64,000 nt of DNA from an uncultured Actinomycetes bacterium (GCA_963704885.1 CAVPIB010000004.1:992001-1056000); one strand, 5' to 3'. Positions 20,505-29,874 are shown, numbered from the stretch's first letter. The notes: a model not told the origin generated them from the letters alone. Numbers and translations: made by a program.

Positions 20505-20891
20505 CTACTGGGGCACGCCGTCGACGAGCTCGATCACCCGGCTCCGGCCTCGCATGCAGTCGGGCGTCGCCTTGGCCTTGGCGAAGAAGAATCCGTCGCG
20601 CAGGCCCGTGTTCCCCATCGACCACACGCCAACCCGGCCTTGCTGCTCCGACGTGTCTGAGTTGCCCGTACGTTGGAACGGACCGTCGGCGCTGTCGGAC
20701 ATGAAGAGCCGCACGAGGCGTTCCCCGCGGCACCCGGGATCCGGGCTCTTGACCTTGCCGTGGAAATCGCCGTTGGGACCCTTGATCGTCACGATCGTCC
20801 TGGCGGCGGTACCCGCCGTGGCGAGCCCTGTGAACATCAGCGAACTCGCCGCGACGACCGCGACGAGCAGGAACGCCAACCTCGTCTTCAT
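20505..20891 (-). CDS. Small secreted protein with two Cys
   Basis: AAGGAG SD, signal peptide, FHGKVKS...C...R.V.LF. Confidence 0.75.
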   Translation of the reverse strand: MKTRLAFLLVAVVAASSLMFTGLATAGTAARTIVTIKGPNGDFHGKVKSPDPGCRGERLVRLFMSDSADGPFQRTGNSDTSEQQGRVGVWSMGNTGLRDGFFFAKAKATPDCMRGRSRVIELVDGVPQ

Positions 20892-20969
20892 CCAAACTCC
20901 TTCCGGGGGCAGACGCCCGCACTGAACCACTGGGCGTGAACAACAGTCAAGCTGGCTACTCGCGGCTCC

Positions 20970-21046
20970 TGGTGGAGGTGAGGGGATTCGAACCCCTGAC
21001 CTCTGCCGTGCGAGGGCAGCGCTCTACCGGGCTGAGCTACACCCCC
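20970..21046 (-). tRNA. tRNA-Ala (CGC)
   Basis: Cloverleaf GGGGGTGTAGCTCAG...CTGCC-CTCGCAC-GGCAG...GGTTCGAATCCC...CCA, with a G3:U70 pair. Confidence 0.97.
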
Positions 21047-21087
21047 AGGAATTGGTCAGCGTAGCAAAGGGGTACGTCGCGGCCGAG

Positions 21088-21672
21088 CTAGGCGCCGGCC
21101 AGGTCGCCGCCGGCCCGAACGACCACATGAACGCGGTCCCCTTCACCCACCGAGCCCAGACCGTTGAACGTCGGACGCGCCCACCCGTTCATGCTGTCCA
21201 CCACGTAGCGGGGGACTGCGGTGACCGGAGTCTTCACGCGCGCTGGGGCCCTGGCGGCCTGGGCCCTCTCGCGTGGATCGACGCCCTCGCGGTGCTTGAT
21301 CGAGAGCAGTAGCCAGACGTAGAGCAGCAGCAGAGCCCCGAACACAGCCGTGAGCGTCCAGACGACGCGGAGTGGAGGAACCAGTCCGATCAGGAACGTC
21401 AACCCGATCGATTCGAGCAGGAACACCAACACCTTGCGGCGTCGCTCGCGGACCCGCGCTCGCCGTCGCTCCGCGGCCCCGACGAACCGGGCTCCCTTTC
21501 GGGGGGTGACGATCCAGCGCCCCTGACTGCCTTGAGCCTCCACGTGCGCCAACAACTCCATCCTGCGTTCGAAATCCTCGACGCTACGCGCCGCGGTGTG
21601 CCGCCGACGGTCGGTCGGCAGGAGGAACGCCACCCACATGATGCCCAAAGCGCCTAGGAGCAGCCAATCCAC
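21088..21672 (-). CDS. GlpR/SepX-like 3-TM divisome-associated membrane protein
   Basis: N-terminal TM, RSVEDFERRMELL, an Arg-rich RRRKV segment, then 2 TMs. Sits between tRNA-Ala and moaC/moeA/galU. AGGAGG SD. Confidence 0.7.
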   Translation of the reverse strand: MDWLLLGALGIMWVAFLLPTDRRRHTAARSVEDFERRMELLAHVEAQGSQGRWIVTPRKGARFVGAAERRRARVRERRRKVLVFLLESIGLTFLIGLVPPLRVVWTLTAVFGALLLLYVWLLLSIKHREGVDPRERAQAARAPARVKTPVTAVPRYVVDSMNGWARPTFNGLGSVGEGDRVHVVVRAGGDLAGA

Positions 21673-21706
21673 GCGCCCGCCTCCTGCCTGATGATCCCCG
21701 GTTCAG

Positions 21707-21753
21707 ACACAACATCTAGGCTGGCTCTGGAACGTAGCACCCACATATGGGGT
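21707..21753. promoter_or_regulatory. Tandem NrdR-box-like sites flanking a -10 element
   Basis: ACACAACATCTAGGCT (21707) and CACCCACATATGGGGT (21738), 31 bp apart. Minus-strand TACGTT at 21736-21731. Confidence 0.65.
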
Positions 21754-21813
21754 GGGAAAGCACATCGATGTGATTTTAGGAACTAATGCACAAGCGGGCT
21801 GGCGCGGAGGCGG

Positions 21814-22263
21814 CTACTCCGCCCGGTAGTCGCCGGACTTGCCGCCGGATTTCGCCAGCAGGCGCAACCCGTCGATCCGCGCGGCGCGATCGTAGGCCTT
21901 GGCCGTGTCGTACAGGCTGAGCGCGGCCACGGCCGCCGCGGTTAGCGCCTCCATCTCCACGCCCGTGCGGTCGTTCGCGCGCACGGTGGTCTCCACACGG
22001 ATGAGGCCGGTCGCGGGGTCGGGCGAGACCACCACCTCGGCGCCCGTCACTGCGATCGGGTGGCAGAACGGGAGCAGGTCGGGCGTGCGCTTCACGCCCA
22101 TCACCCCGGCGATCCTGGCGGCCTCGATCGGGTTGCCCTTCGGGGTGCCGGCTACCAGCTGCGCGCAGGCCTCGGGAGTCATGGTTATCACGCACTCGGC
22201 GGTGGCCTGGCGCTTGGTGACCGCCTTCTCGCCCACCTCCACGATCCGCGCCCGGTCACTCAC
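21814..22263 (-). CDS. moaC: Cyclic pyranopterin monophosphate synthase MoaC
   Basis: KG.P...ARIAG, LLPFCH, TGVEMEAL, KSGGKSG. Confidence 0.95.
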   Translation of the reverse strand: MSDRARIVEVGEKAVTKRQATAECVITMTPEACAQLVAGTPKGNPIEAARIAGVMGVKRTPDLLPFCHPIAVTGAEVVVSPDPATGLIRVETTVRANDRTGVEMEALTAAAVAALSLYDTAKAYDRAARIDGLRLLAKSGGKSGDYRAE

Positions 22264-22266
22264 GAC

Positions 22267-23529
22267 TCAGTCCTCCGCCGGGCGGAACACCATGACGCGG
22301 ACCTGCGAGCCGGCCGGCGCCGTGGCCGTCCCCACCGGGATCATGGCCAGTCCGTTGGCTCGAGCGACCGTCGAGATCAGGTTGGACCCGCGGGCGCCCG
22401 TCGGCGAAGCGGTCCAACCGTCGCCGCTGCGCTCCAACCGGACGCGAGCGAACTGCAGCTTGCCCCTGGGACCCGAGATCTCCTCGGACAGCGTCGCCGT
22501 CACCTCGGGCCGGTGGAGCTGCGTGCGGCCCATCATCTTGAGCACGGCCGGGCGCACGAAGATCTCGAAGCTCACGAACACGCTCACAGGGTTACCCGGC
22601 AGGCCGAAGAACGGCTTGCCTTCGATCTGGCCGAAGCCCTGCGGCATTCCGGGCTGCATCGCCACCTTGTAGAAATCCAGGTCGCCGCGGCGGAAGAACG
22701 CCGCCTTCACGACGTCGCGCTCCCCTACCGACACGCCTCCCGACGACACGAACGCGTCTGCCTGGATCACGTAGCTGAGCACCGTCTCGCGGAGCGATTC
22801 GACGTCGTCTTTGACTATTCCAGCGAGCACCGGCATGGCACCCAGCTCGCGCAGACCGGCGAAGAGCGTGTAGGCGTTGGAGTCGCGGATCTGACCGAAC
22901 TCCGGAGTCTCGGTGGGCGGGATCAGCTCGTCCCCGGTGGACAGCACGATCACGCGGGGACGCGGATGCACCATCGGGTGCGGGAACCCTGCGTTCGCCA
23001 GCAGGCCGAGTTCGGGGGGGCCCAGGCGCTTGCCTTCCGGCACCAGGATCTGCCCGCCCTTGACGTCCTCGCCCGCCGGCCGAACGTGCTTGCCGGCCGT
23101 GGGGGCGTCGAAGATCTGCACCATCTCACCGCCGGGCTCGGCGTTCTCGATCGGGACGACCGAGTCGGCGCCGGCGGGGATCGGCGCCCCGGTGGCGATC
23201 CGGATAGCTTCCCCGCCCCCCACCACCGCTTCGGGTCGCCGCCCGATCATGGCCCGTCCCACGATCTTCAGCTCCACCGGAGAGCCTGGGGTAGCGCCGA
23301 CCACGTCGGATGCTCGAACCGCGAACCCGTCCATCGCCGACGAAGCGAACTCCGGCAGGTCGCGCATGGCCACGACGTCTTCGGCCGAGACGCAGCCGTG
23401 AGCGTCCGTCAGGGGGAGCTGGAGCGGGGCCAGAGGTTGGATCTGAGACAACACCCGCTCCTGCGCATCCTCGACCGATAGGAGCCCGGTGACGTCGTCA
23501 TGGTCGTGGATCTGGCGGGTCGGGGGCAT
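22267..23529 (-). CDS. moeA: Molybdopterin molybdotransferase MoeA (gephyrin-like Glp)
   Basis: SAMDGFAV, IATGAPIP, STGDEL, SGGVSVG, LPGNP. TAGACT lies 6 nt before the ATG. Confidence 0.95.
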   Translation of the reverse strand: MPPTRQIHDHDDVTGLLSVEDAQERVLSQIQPLAPLQLPLTDAHGCVSAEDVVAMRDLPEFASSAMDGFAVRASDVVGATPGSPVELKIVGRAMIGRRPEAVVGGGEAIRIATGAPIPAGADSVVPIENAEPGGEMVQIFDAPTAGKHVRPAGEDVKGGQILVPEGKRLGPPELGLLANAGFPHPMVHPRPRVIVLSTGDELIPPTETPEFGQIRDSNAYTLFAGLRELGAMPVLAGIVKDDVESLRETVLSYVIQADAFVSSGGVSVGERDVVKAAFFRRGDLDFYKVAMQPGMPQGFGQIEGKPFFGLPGNPVSVFVSFEIFVRPAVLKMMGRTQLHRPEVTATLSEEISGPRGKLQFARVRLERSGDGWTASPTGARGSNLISTVARANGLAMIPVGTATAPAGSQVRVMVFRPAED

Positions 23530-23571
23530 GCGGGCAGTCTACCCGTGGCCGCGGAATGGCCAGGCCGCGGC

Positions 23572-24450
23572 TCAGGCCAGGTCGATGCGGTGGATCAGTT
23601 CCTTCAGGTAGTGAGCGAAGTCCTTGCCCACGTCCTCGCGATCGAGCGCCATCTCCACCGTCGCCTTCAGGTAGTCGAGCCTGTTCCCAACGTCGAACCG
23701 CCCGCCGTCGAGCCGGTACGCGTAGACGGCGTGCTCCTTGGCCAACAGGTTGATCGCGTCGGTCAGCTGGATCTCTCCGCCACGGCCGGGTTCCGTCTGA
23801 CGGAGCGCGTCGAAGATATCGGGCGTCAACACGTAGCGGCCGATAGCCGCCAGGTTCGATGGCGCGTCTTCCGGCGAGGGCTTCTCCACGATCGAAAGCA
23901 CGCGAGCCAGGTGCTCTTCGATGAACTCCGGCTCGATCGAGCCGTAGTGGCTGATGTCTTGGAGCGGGACCTCTTGGACGGCGATCACGCTGCGGCCGTA
24001 GCGCTCATGCATGCGAAGCATGTCCGACAGGAGCGGCACCGACCGGTGGATCAGATCGTCGCCCAGAAGGACCGCGAACGGCTCGTCGCCGATGTGATCC
24101 TCGGCCACCGCCACCGCGTGGCCCAGGCCGAGCGGGTCCTTCTGGCGGATGTAATGGATCGTGGCCATGTCGCTGATCTCTCGGACCTGCTTCAACTCGT
24201 CGAACTTCCCCTTGGACTCGAGGAAGTGCTCCAGCTCGATGGACCGGTCGAAGTGGTCCTCGATCGAGCGTTTTCCGCGACCGGTCACGATCAGGATGTC
24301 GGTGAGCCCCGCTCGCGCCGCTTCCTCCACCACGTACTGGATCGAGGGGGTGTCGACCACCGGCAGCATCTCTTTCGGCTGCGCCTTGGTGGCGGGCAGG
24401 AACCGGGTACCCAGGCCTGCGGCCGGTATCACGGCCTTCCTGATCGACAT
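23572..24450 (-). CDS. galU: UTP--glucose-1-phosphate uridylyltransferase
   Basis: KAVIPAAGLGTRFLPATKAQPKEMLP, LGLGHAV, VEKP, GEIQLTDAI. Confidence 0.97.
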   Translation of the reverse strand: MSIRKAVIPAAGLGTRFLPATKAQPKEMLPVVDTPSIQYVVEEAARAGLTDILIVTGRGKRSIEDHFDRSIELEHFLESKGKFDELKQVREISDMATIHYIRQKDPLGLGHAVAVAEDHIGDEPFAVLLGDDLIHRSVPLLSDMLRMHERYGRSVIAVQEVPLQDISHYGSIEPEFIEEHLARVLSIVEKPSPEDAPSNLAAIGRYVLTPDIFDALRQTEPGRGGEIQLTDAINLLAKEHAVYAYRLDGGRFDVGNRLDYLKATVEMALDREDVGKDFAHYLKELIHRIDLA

Positions 24451-24527
24451 CCCGGTCCCTCCCTTCGCCCCGGCGGCGGAGGGAACGAGTCTATGCCCTC
24501 CCGGGTCGTTCGAAGGTCCGCCGGTGG

Positions 24528-24701
24528 TCATCCGTCGTCCCTCCATGAGGGCGCGTCGTCGGCCTCGGGAAGCTCCAGCAGGCGCACGTCGTGCGGTTCG
24601 AGTGAGGGATCTGCGGTCGAGGCGGCGGCCTCGATGGGGCCGACCAGCAGCTCCAGGTCGGGTCGACGTCGCGCCTCCCTGCCGAGTGTGGACCCGCGCA
24701 T
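24528..24701 (-). CDS. Possible small acidic protein (57 aa)
   Basis: GAGGAGG SD before the ATG at 24701. No recognisable motif. Confidence 0.4.
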   Translation of the reverse strand: MRGSTLGREARRRPDLELLVGPIEAAASTADPSLEPHDVRLLELPEADDAPSWRDDG

Positions 24702-24912
24702 GCCGAACCTCCTCGTGAACGCCGCCCCGGTCGGCGCTCCGCGGGCGGCGCGCCGTGGTCCTTCTCGGTGATGACGGTAGCCGGGTGTGACCACGCGAAC
24801 ATCGTCCAGAGGGCTCATCCGAAAGGCGGATGGCGCAACCATCGAAAGGCCCGGTCGAACGCCAGAACCGCATCCGGGACCTGCGGAAACCCTCCGCTAC
24901 ACTCGTCCGGTC

Positions 24913-25266
24913 ATGCCCACGTACGAGTACATGTGCCGCAGCTGCGGCCACACGTTCGACATCGTCCAAGCCATGCGCGACGACTCCATGACCGTCTGCC
25001 CCGAGTGCGGCGGCGAGCTCCGCAAGGTGTTCGCTCCACCGTCGATAGCGTTCAAGGGCTCGGGCTTCTACGCCACCGACCATGGGAAGAAGTCGAAGAA
25101 GGAGTCCGAGAAGTCTGGCGAGAAGTCTGGCGAGAAGTCTGGCGACACCGCGGCCGCGAAGTCCGATGTTAAGTCCGATAAGCCGGCGGAGTCGACCGGA
25201 TCCAAAGACGCTCCGAAACCCGCGCCCGAGAAGAAGCCGACGAAGAGCTCGGAGGCCACATCGTGA
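24913..25266 (+). CDS. FmdB family zinc-ribbon protein
   Basis: MPTYEYMCRSCG...CPECGG...FKGSGFYATD, followed by a K/S/E-rich tail. Confidence 0.95.
   Translation: MPTYEYMCRSCGHTFDIVQAMRDDSMTVCPECGGELRKVFAPPSIAFKGSGFYATDHGKKSKKESEKSGEKSGEKSGDTAAAKSDVKSDKPAESTGSKDAPKPAPEKKPTKSSEATS
25108..25143 (+). repeat. 12-bp tandem repeat x3 (EKSG)
   Basis: GAGAAGTCTGGC x3 within the FmdB tail. Confidence 0.9.
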
Positions 25267-26057
25267 CGACAGCGGAGATCGGGGTCTTCGGTGGATCGGG
25301 GTTCACCGAGTTCCTGGAAGAGACCGAGACCGTGGACGTGGACACGCCGTACGGGAAGCCGTCGGCGCCTCCGGTGATCGGCGAAGTCGGCGGCCGCCGC
25401 GTGGCCTTCATCCCGCGACACGGCCTGAAGCATGAGTTCCCGCCTCATCGCGTGCCCTACCAGGCCAACGTCTGGGCCATGAAAGAGCTCGGGGTAACGC
25501 GGCTGCTCGGCCCGAACGCCTGCGGGTCGCTCCAGGCGAACGTGAAGCCCGGCGAGTTCGTGATCTGCGATCAGCTGGTCGACCGCACGCGCGACCGTCC
25601 GAACACGTTCTACGACGGGCCGGTCACCACCCACATCTCGTTCGCCGATCCGTACTGCCCGACCATGCGCGGCGCCACGATCGCGGCCGGACGCGAGATC
25701 GGTATCCCTTTGCACGAGCGCGGGACCGTTGTCGTGATCGAAGGGCCCAGGTTCTCCACCCGCGCCGAATCGGAGTGGTTCGCCTCGGTGGGATGGGAGG
25801 TCATCAACATGACGCAGTACCCCGAGTCGATCCTGGCGCGCGAGCTGGAGCTCTGCTACGCCAACATCTCGCTGATCACCGACTACGACGTGGGCGTGGA
25901 GGGCGTCCCCCCGGTGACGAACGACGAGGTGGTGCGGGTGTTCAACGAGAACAACGACAAGCTCCGCGGATTGTTGTTCGCGACGATCCCGGCCCTGCCC
26001 GACGAGCGAGACTGCCCCTGCCCCACGGCGTTGCAGGGCGCGAGCTTCGAGGCATAG
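25263..26057 (+). CDS. mtnP: S-methyl-5'-thioadenosine phosphorylase
   Basis: GGSG, TPYG, PRHG, GPRFSTRAES, NMT, TDYD. Confidence 0.95.
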   Translation: MTTAEIGVFGGSGFTEFLEETETVDVDTPYGKPSAPPVIGEVGGRRVAFIPRHGLKHEFPPHRVPYQANVWAMKELGVTRLLGPNACGSLQANVKPGEFVICDQLVDRTRDRPNTFYDGPVTTHISFADPYCPTMRGATIAAGREIGIPLHERGTVVVIEGPRFSTRAESEWFASVGWEVINMTQYPESILARELELCYANISLITDYDVGVEGVPPVTNDEVVRVFNENNDKLRGLLFATIPALPDERDCPCPTALQGASFEA

Positions 26058-26060
26058 TCC

Positions 26061-26240
26061 ATGGCCGACCGGGTGCTGGTCTCGGTGGAGATGCGCTTCA
26101 AGACCGAGGCCGACGCGCGAGCGCTCGGCGATCGGATCGAGGAGGCGGTGCGGCAGATCGTGGGCCGCGAGGCGCTGGAGGAGTTCCGGGTACGAACCTT
26201 GCCTCTGTCCCAGAAGAAAGGCCCGCGCCCGGTCGAGTGA
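26061..26240 (+). CDS. Small hypothetical protein (59 aa, absent from ORF track)
   Basis: ATG 3 nt after the mtnP stop. MADRVLVSVEMRFKTEADARALGDRIEEAVRQIVGREALEEFRVRTLPLSQKKGPRPVE, with typical GC3-rich codons. Confidence 0.7.
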   Translation: MADRVLVSVEMRFKTEADARALGDRIEEAVRQIVGREALEEFRVRTLPLSQKKGPRPVE

Positions 26241-26310
26241 TCTTGGGGAAACGTCGCCGGTCGTGACCGTCGTCACGGTAGGGACGGCGCCCATGTGCGA
26301 ACGTCCCGAC

Positions 26311-26985
26311 ATGTTCCGTCGACGCTGGCCGATCGCCTCGAAGATCCTGATGGTTCTCGCGGTCCTGCTTGGATCGCTGGCTTTCGTGTTGGTGCGCGGA
26401 TATCAGGACCGTGTGGAGGCGCTCCGCCCGGCGGTGGGTCCGATGGTGCCGGTCGCGGTGGCTGCTTCGGATCTGGCTCGTGGATCGGTCCTGAGCGAGG
26501 CGATGCTGGAGACGTCTTCTATGCCCGAGTCGTTCGTTCCACCTGGTGCCGTGGCGTCGCCCGCCGCGGCAGCCGGTCGTGTGCTCACGGCCGACATCGC
26601 GGCGGGCGAGGTGCTGACAGCGTCGCGACTCTCCGTCCCGGAGGCTGGCCCGATCGCGGCTCTGGTTCCCGAGGGTCTTCGCGCCATGGTGATCACGGCG
26701 CCGCTGCCCACGAACGCGCTGCGCGCCGGCGACCACGTCGACGTGTACGCGACCTACGGCGGCGGCCGCCCTCACACGGAACTGGCGGCAAGCGCGCTCG
26801 AGGTCCTGCGGGTCATCGCCGGCTCGTCGGGTAGCGGCGGGATCGCGGGAACCACGTCAGGTGCGGACGGCATCACGTTGGTCTTGTTGGTGGACGAAGC
26901 CACCGCGTCGCGTCTCGCCTACGCACGCTCGTTCGCGCAGCTGTCGGTCGCGATCCTCGCTCCCGGGCCCGCGACAGGAACGTGA
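26311..26985 (+). CDS. SAF/CpaB(RcpC)-like protein
   Basis: N-terminal TM, VAASDLARGSVL, GEVLT..RL, LRAGDHVDV. Confidence 0.85.
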   Translation: MFRRRWPIASKILMVLAVLLGSLAFVLVRGYQDRVEALRPAVGPMVPVAVAASDLARGSVLSEAMLETSSMPESFVPPGAVASPAAAAGRVLTADIAAGEVLTASRLSVPEAGPIAALVPEGLRAMVITAPLPTNALRAGDHVDVYATYGGGRPHTELAASALEVLRVIAGSSGSGGIAGTTSGADGITLVLLVDEATASRLAYARSFAQLSVAILAPGPATGT

Positions 26986-27070
26986 TAGTCCCCAGCCGTT
27001 CGCCGCGTGGCGCACAGGAAGGCGCCCGCTAGCATGGGCCGGACCTTCCGCCGGAAAGGACCAGCTCCCC

Positions 27071-27910
27071 GTGACGATCTTCCAGGCCATCGTGCTCGGC
27101 ATCACCCAGGGTGCCACCGAGTTCGCGCCTATCTCCAGCTCCGGACACCTGATCTTGGTGCCCTGGCTCTTCAACTGGTCGATCGTCAGCGACGTGGCGC
27201 TGAACAAGACGTTCGATGTGGCGCTGCACGTGGGAACGCTGGTCGGAGCTGTCGCGTACTTCCGGAAGGACCTGTGGCGTTACCTGCTCGCGTGGATCGT
27301 CTCGATCCGGCACCGTTCGATCCAGACGCAGGATCAACGGCTGGCGTGGGCGCTCGTTGTCGGCACGATCCCGGGTGCCCTGGTCGGTGCCGTCTTCGAG
27401 GGCCCCATCCAGGAGCACCTGGGCGAGCCCCTCCTGATCGCGGTGATGCTCGCCGTGTTCGGCGTTGTGCTGTGGTGGGTCGACGCGCGGTCACCGTCCG
27501 ACCGCGGCATGAACTCGATCGGCGTGAAGACCGGGCTCGGTCTCGGCGTGGTGCAAGCGGTGGCGCTTCAGCCGGGGGTCTCACGCTCGGGCATAACGAT
27601 GACGGCCGCGCGCTGGATCGGGATCGACCGTGAGTCGGCCGCTCGGTTCTCGTTCCTGCTGGCCATCCCGATCATCGCGGGCGCGGGTCTCTACAAGGGC
27701 CTAGATCTGTTCGAGACGGGGTTCCAGGGCTACGCCAGCGAGTTCTTCTGGGGGTTCGTCTCGTCGGCGGTCAGCGGGTACGTGGTGATCTGGGGCCTGC
27801 TCGGCTATCTGCGCCGGCACACGTTCAAGGCGTTCATGTACTACCGGTTGGCCGTGGCTGGACTGGTGTTCGCACTCATCGCCACGGGAGCCCGCTCCGC
27901 CACCGTCTAG
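27071..27910 (+). CDS. uppP: Undecaprenyl-diphosphatase
   Basis: QGATEFAPISSSGHL, HVGT, PGVSRSG, ARFSFLL. Confidence 0.95.
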   Translation: MTIFQAIVLGITQGATEFAPISSSGHLILVPWLFNWSIVSDVALNKTFDVALHVGTLVGAVAYFRKDLWRYLLAWIVSIRHRSIQTQDQRLAWALVVGTIPGALVGAVFEGPIQEHLGEPLLIAVMLAVFGVVLWWVDARSPSDRGMNSIGVKTGLGLGVVQAVALQPGVSRSGITMTAARWIGIDRESAARFSFLLAIPIIAGAGLYKGLDLFETGFQGYASEFFWGFVSSAVSGYVVIWGLLGYLRRHTFKAFMYYRLAVAGLVFALIATGARSATV

Positions 27911-27991
27911 TCTGAACTGGACTAGCTCCGGGGCGTCGGCGCGCCGGGCGCCCGTAAGGGGTTCGCAACATCCGTGCTCCATCATGGTTGG

Positions 27992-28672
27992 ATGAGCGAC
28001 GTGCGCGTCCTGGTGGTCGACGACGAACCGATGGTGCGCGAGGTACTGGAGCGGTACCTCCGCAAGGAGGGCTTCGACGTCAGCACGGCCGAGGACGGCC
28101 CCGAGGCCCTGGCGACGTTCGCGTCGGACGAGCCGGACCTGGTGCTGCTCGACCTGATGCTGCCGCAGATCGACGGCTACGAGGTGTTCCGTCGGATGCG
28201 CGCCACCGCCGAGACACCCGTGATCATGCTCACCGCCCGCGGCGAGGAGACCGATCGAGTGGTGGGATTGGAGCTGGGCGCCGACGACTACGTGACCAAG
28301 CCGTTCTCCCCACGCGAGGTCGTGGCCCGTGTCCGCGCGGTCCTTCGGCGCACCGGGCAACCGGCGGTCGCCGGTCGCCTGGACTTCGGCGACCTGCAGA
28401 TCGACACCGATCGGCGTGAGGTCCGGCTGGCCGAGAGTTCGATCCACCTGACCCGCAAGGAATTCGACCTGCTCGCCTATCTTGCTGCTCGCCCCGGGGT
28501 GACGTTCACGCGCAGCCAGCTGCTCGAGGACCTGTGGGACTGGGCGTGGGACGGGGACACGGCCACCGTCACCGTTCACATCCGCCGGCTGCGCGAGAAG
28601 ATCGAGGCCGACCCCTCCCAGCCCGAGCGACTTATCACCGTCTGGGGCGTGGGGTACAGGTTCGAACCATGA
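27992..28672 (+). CDS. OmpR-family response regulator
   Basis: VVDDE, LDLMLP, GADDYVTKPF, VHIRRLREK, VWGVGY. Confidence 0.96.
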   Translation: MSDVRVLVVDDEPMVREVLERYLRKEGFDVSTAEDGPEALATFASDEPDLVLLDLMLPQIDGYEVFRRMRATAETPVIMLTARGEETDRVVGLELGADDYVTKPFSPREVVARVRAVLRRTGQPAVAGRLDFGDLQIDTDRREVRLAESSIHLTRKEFDLLAYLAARPGVTFTRSQLLEDLWDWAWDGDTATVTVHIRRLREKIEADPSQPERLITVWGVGYRFEP

Positions 28673-29874
28673 CCACGTGGAGGACCTTCGCGCTTGTGGT
28701 CGCCGTGGCCGCGGCCGGAGCCGCGGGAACAGCGGTCGTGGCCGTGGCGTTCGGCATGCCCCAGAGCGACATCGTCCATCTGCTCTGGCTGATCCTGCCT
28801 GCAGCGGCGGTTACGGTGGTGGCCGCCTTCGCCGCCAAGCCCCTGCTGCGGCGCGCATCGCTCCGACAGCGGTTCGTCGCGGTGGCGCTGGTGGCCGCGG
28901 CGGTGGCGCTCGCCAACGTGGCGGTCCTCACCCGGCAGATGTTCGTGAGCGCGCACGACGCCACGACCCTGGCCGTGCTCCTGGTGTTCGGGTTGGGCGC
29001 CGGCGTGGCGGCTGCGCTCGTGGTCGCGCGCTCGGCCTCGGCGTCGCTCGACCGTCTGGACGCGACCGCTCACGCCCTGGGCGAGGGACGCTTGGACGCA
29101 CGCGCGGGCACGCTCGACGCCGGGCCCGAGCTCGACACGCTCGCACGAACCCTCGACGAGATGGCCGAACGGCTTCAGGTGGCGCAGGTGCGCGAGCGCG
29201 AGGCGGAGTCCATGAGGCGCGACCTGATAACCACGGTTTCCCACGACCTGCGGACCCCGCTCGCCAGCCTTCGGGCAATGATCGAGGCGGTGGACGACGG
29301 CGTGGTCACCGACGCCCCCAGCCTGCAGCGGTACTCGCGCGAGATGCGCCGCTCGGTCGATCAGCTGGTGACCATGGTCGACGACCTGTTCGAGCTAACC
29401 CAATTGGATGCGGTCGCGATCGAGACCGAAACCCGGCGGGCACGCCTGGAGGACATCGTCCGCTCGGCGGTGGCCGCCGTTGAGGGCCAGGCGGGTGAGA
29501 AGGGACTGTCGCTGGTGGCAGACCTTGGCGACGCGGGCGAGACCGCATGTTCGCCTCGTCTGGTGCGAGTCCTGCAGAACCTGCTCGCGAACGCGGTCCG
29601 CCACACCCCTGCCGATGGGTCGGTCAGCATCACCGCCGTGCGTGACCACGCCACCGTTCGGGTCGCGGTGGTCGACACCGGCGAGGGTATAGCGCAGGAC
29701 GACCTGGACCGGGTCTTCGATCCGTTCTTCCGGGCGGACCCGTCACGCACCGGAGGCGGGGCCGGCTTGGGACTGGCATTGGCCAAGCGGATCGTGGAGG
29801 CGATGGGCGGCAGGATCAGCGTGGAGAGCGCGGTCGCGTCGGGCTCGCGGTTCGCCGTGGAGCTACCGCTCTAG
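28669..29874 (+). CDS. HAMP sensor histidine kinase
   Basis: TMs, SHDLRTPL, NLLANA, DTGEGI, GLGL. ATGA overlap with the regulator. Confidence 0.95.
   Translation: MTTWRTFALVVAVAAAGAAGTAVVAVAFGMPQSDIVHLLWLILPAAAVTVVAAFAAKPLLRRASLRQRFVAVALVAAAVALANVAVLTRQMFVSAHDATTLAVLLVFGLGAGVAAALVVARSASASLDRLDATAHALGEGRLDARAGTLDAGPELDTLARTLDEMAERLQVAQVREREAESMRRDLITTVSHDLRTPLASLRAMIEAVDDGVVTDAPSLQRYSREMRRSVDQLVTMVDDLFELTQLDAVAIETETRRARLEDIVRSAVAAVEGQAGEKGLSLVADLGDAGETACSPRLVRVLQNLLANAVRHTPADGSVSITAVRDHATVRVAVVDTGEGIAQDDLDRVFDPFFRADPSRTGGGAGLGLALAKRIVEAMGGRISVESAVASGSRFAVELPL

Noticed and set aside
20505-21046. Integrative element at tRNA-Ala
   Set aside because: No integrase and no duplicated tRNA 3' end seen in the window.
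26311-26985. Tad/Flp pilus locus
   Set aside because: This is a lone SAF/CpaB-like gene in its usual fmdB neighbourhood, with no ATPase, TadB/C or pilin.
27953-27969. OmpR-type direct repeat CGTAAG-N5-CGCAAC upstream of the response regulator
   Set aside because: Only 4/6 identity and no second site found in the window.
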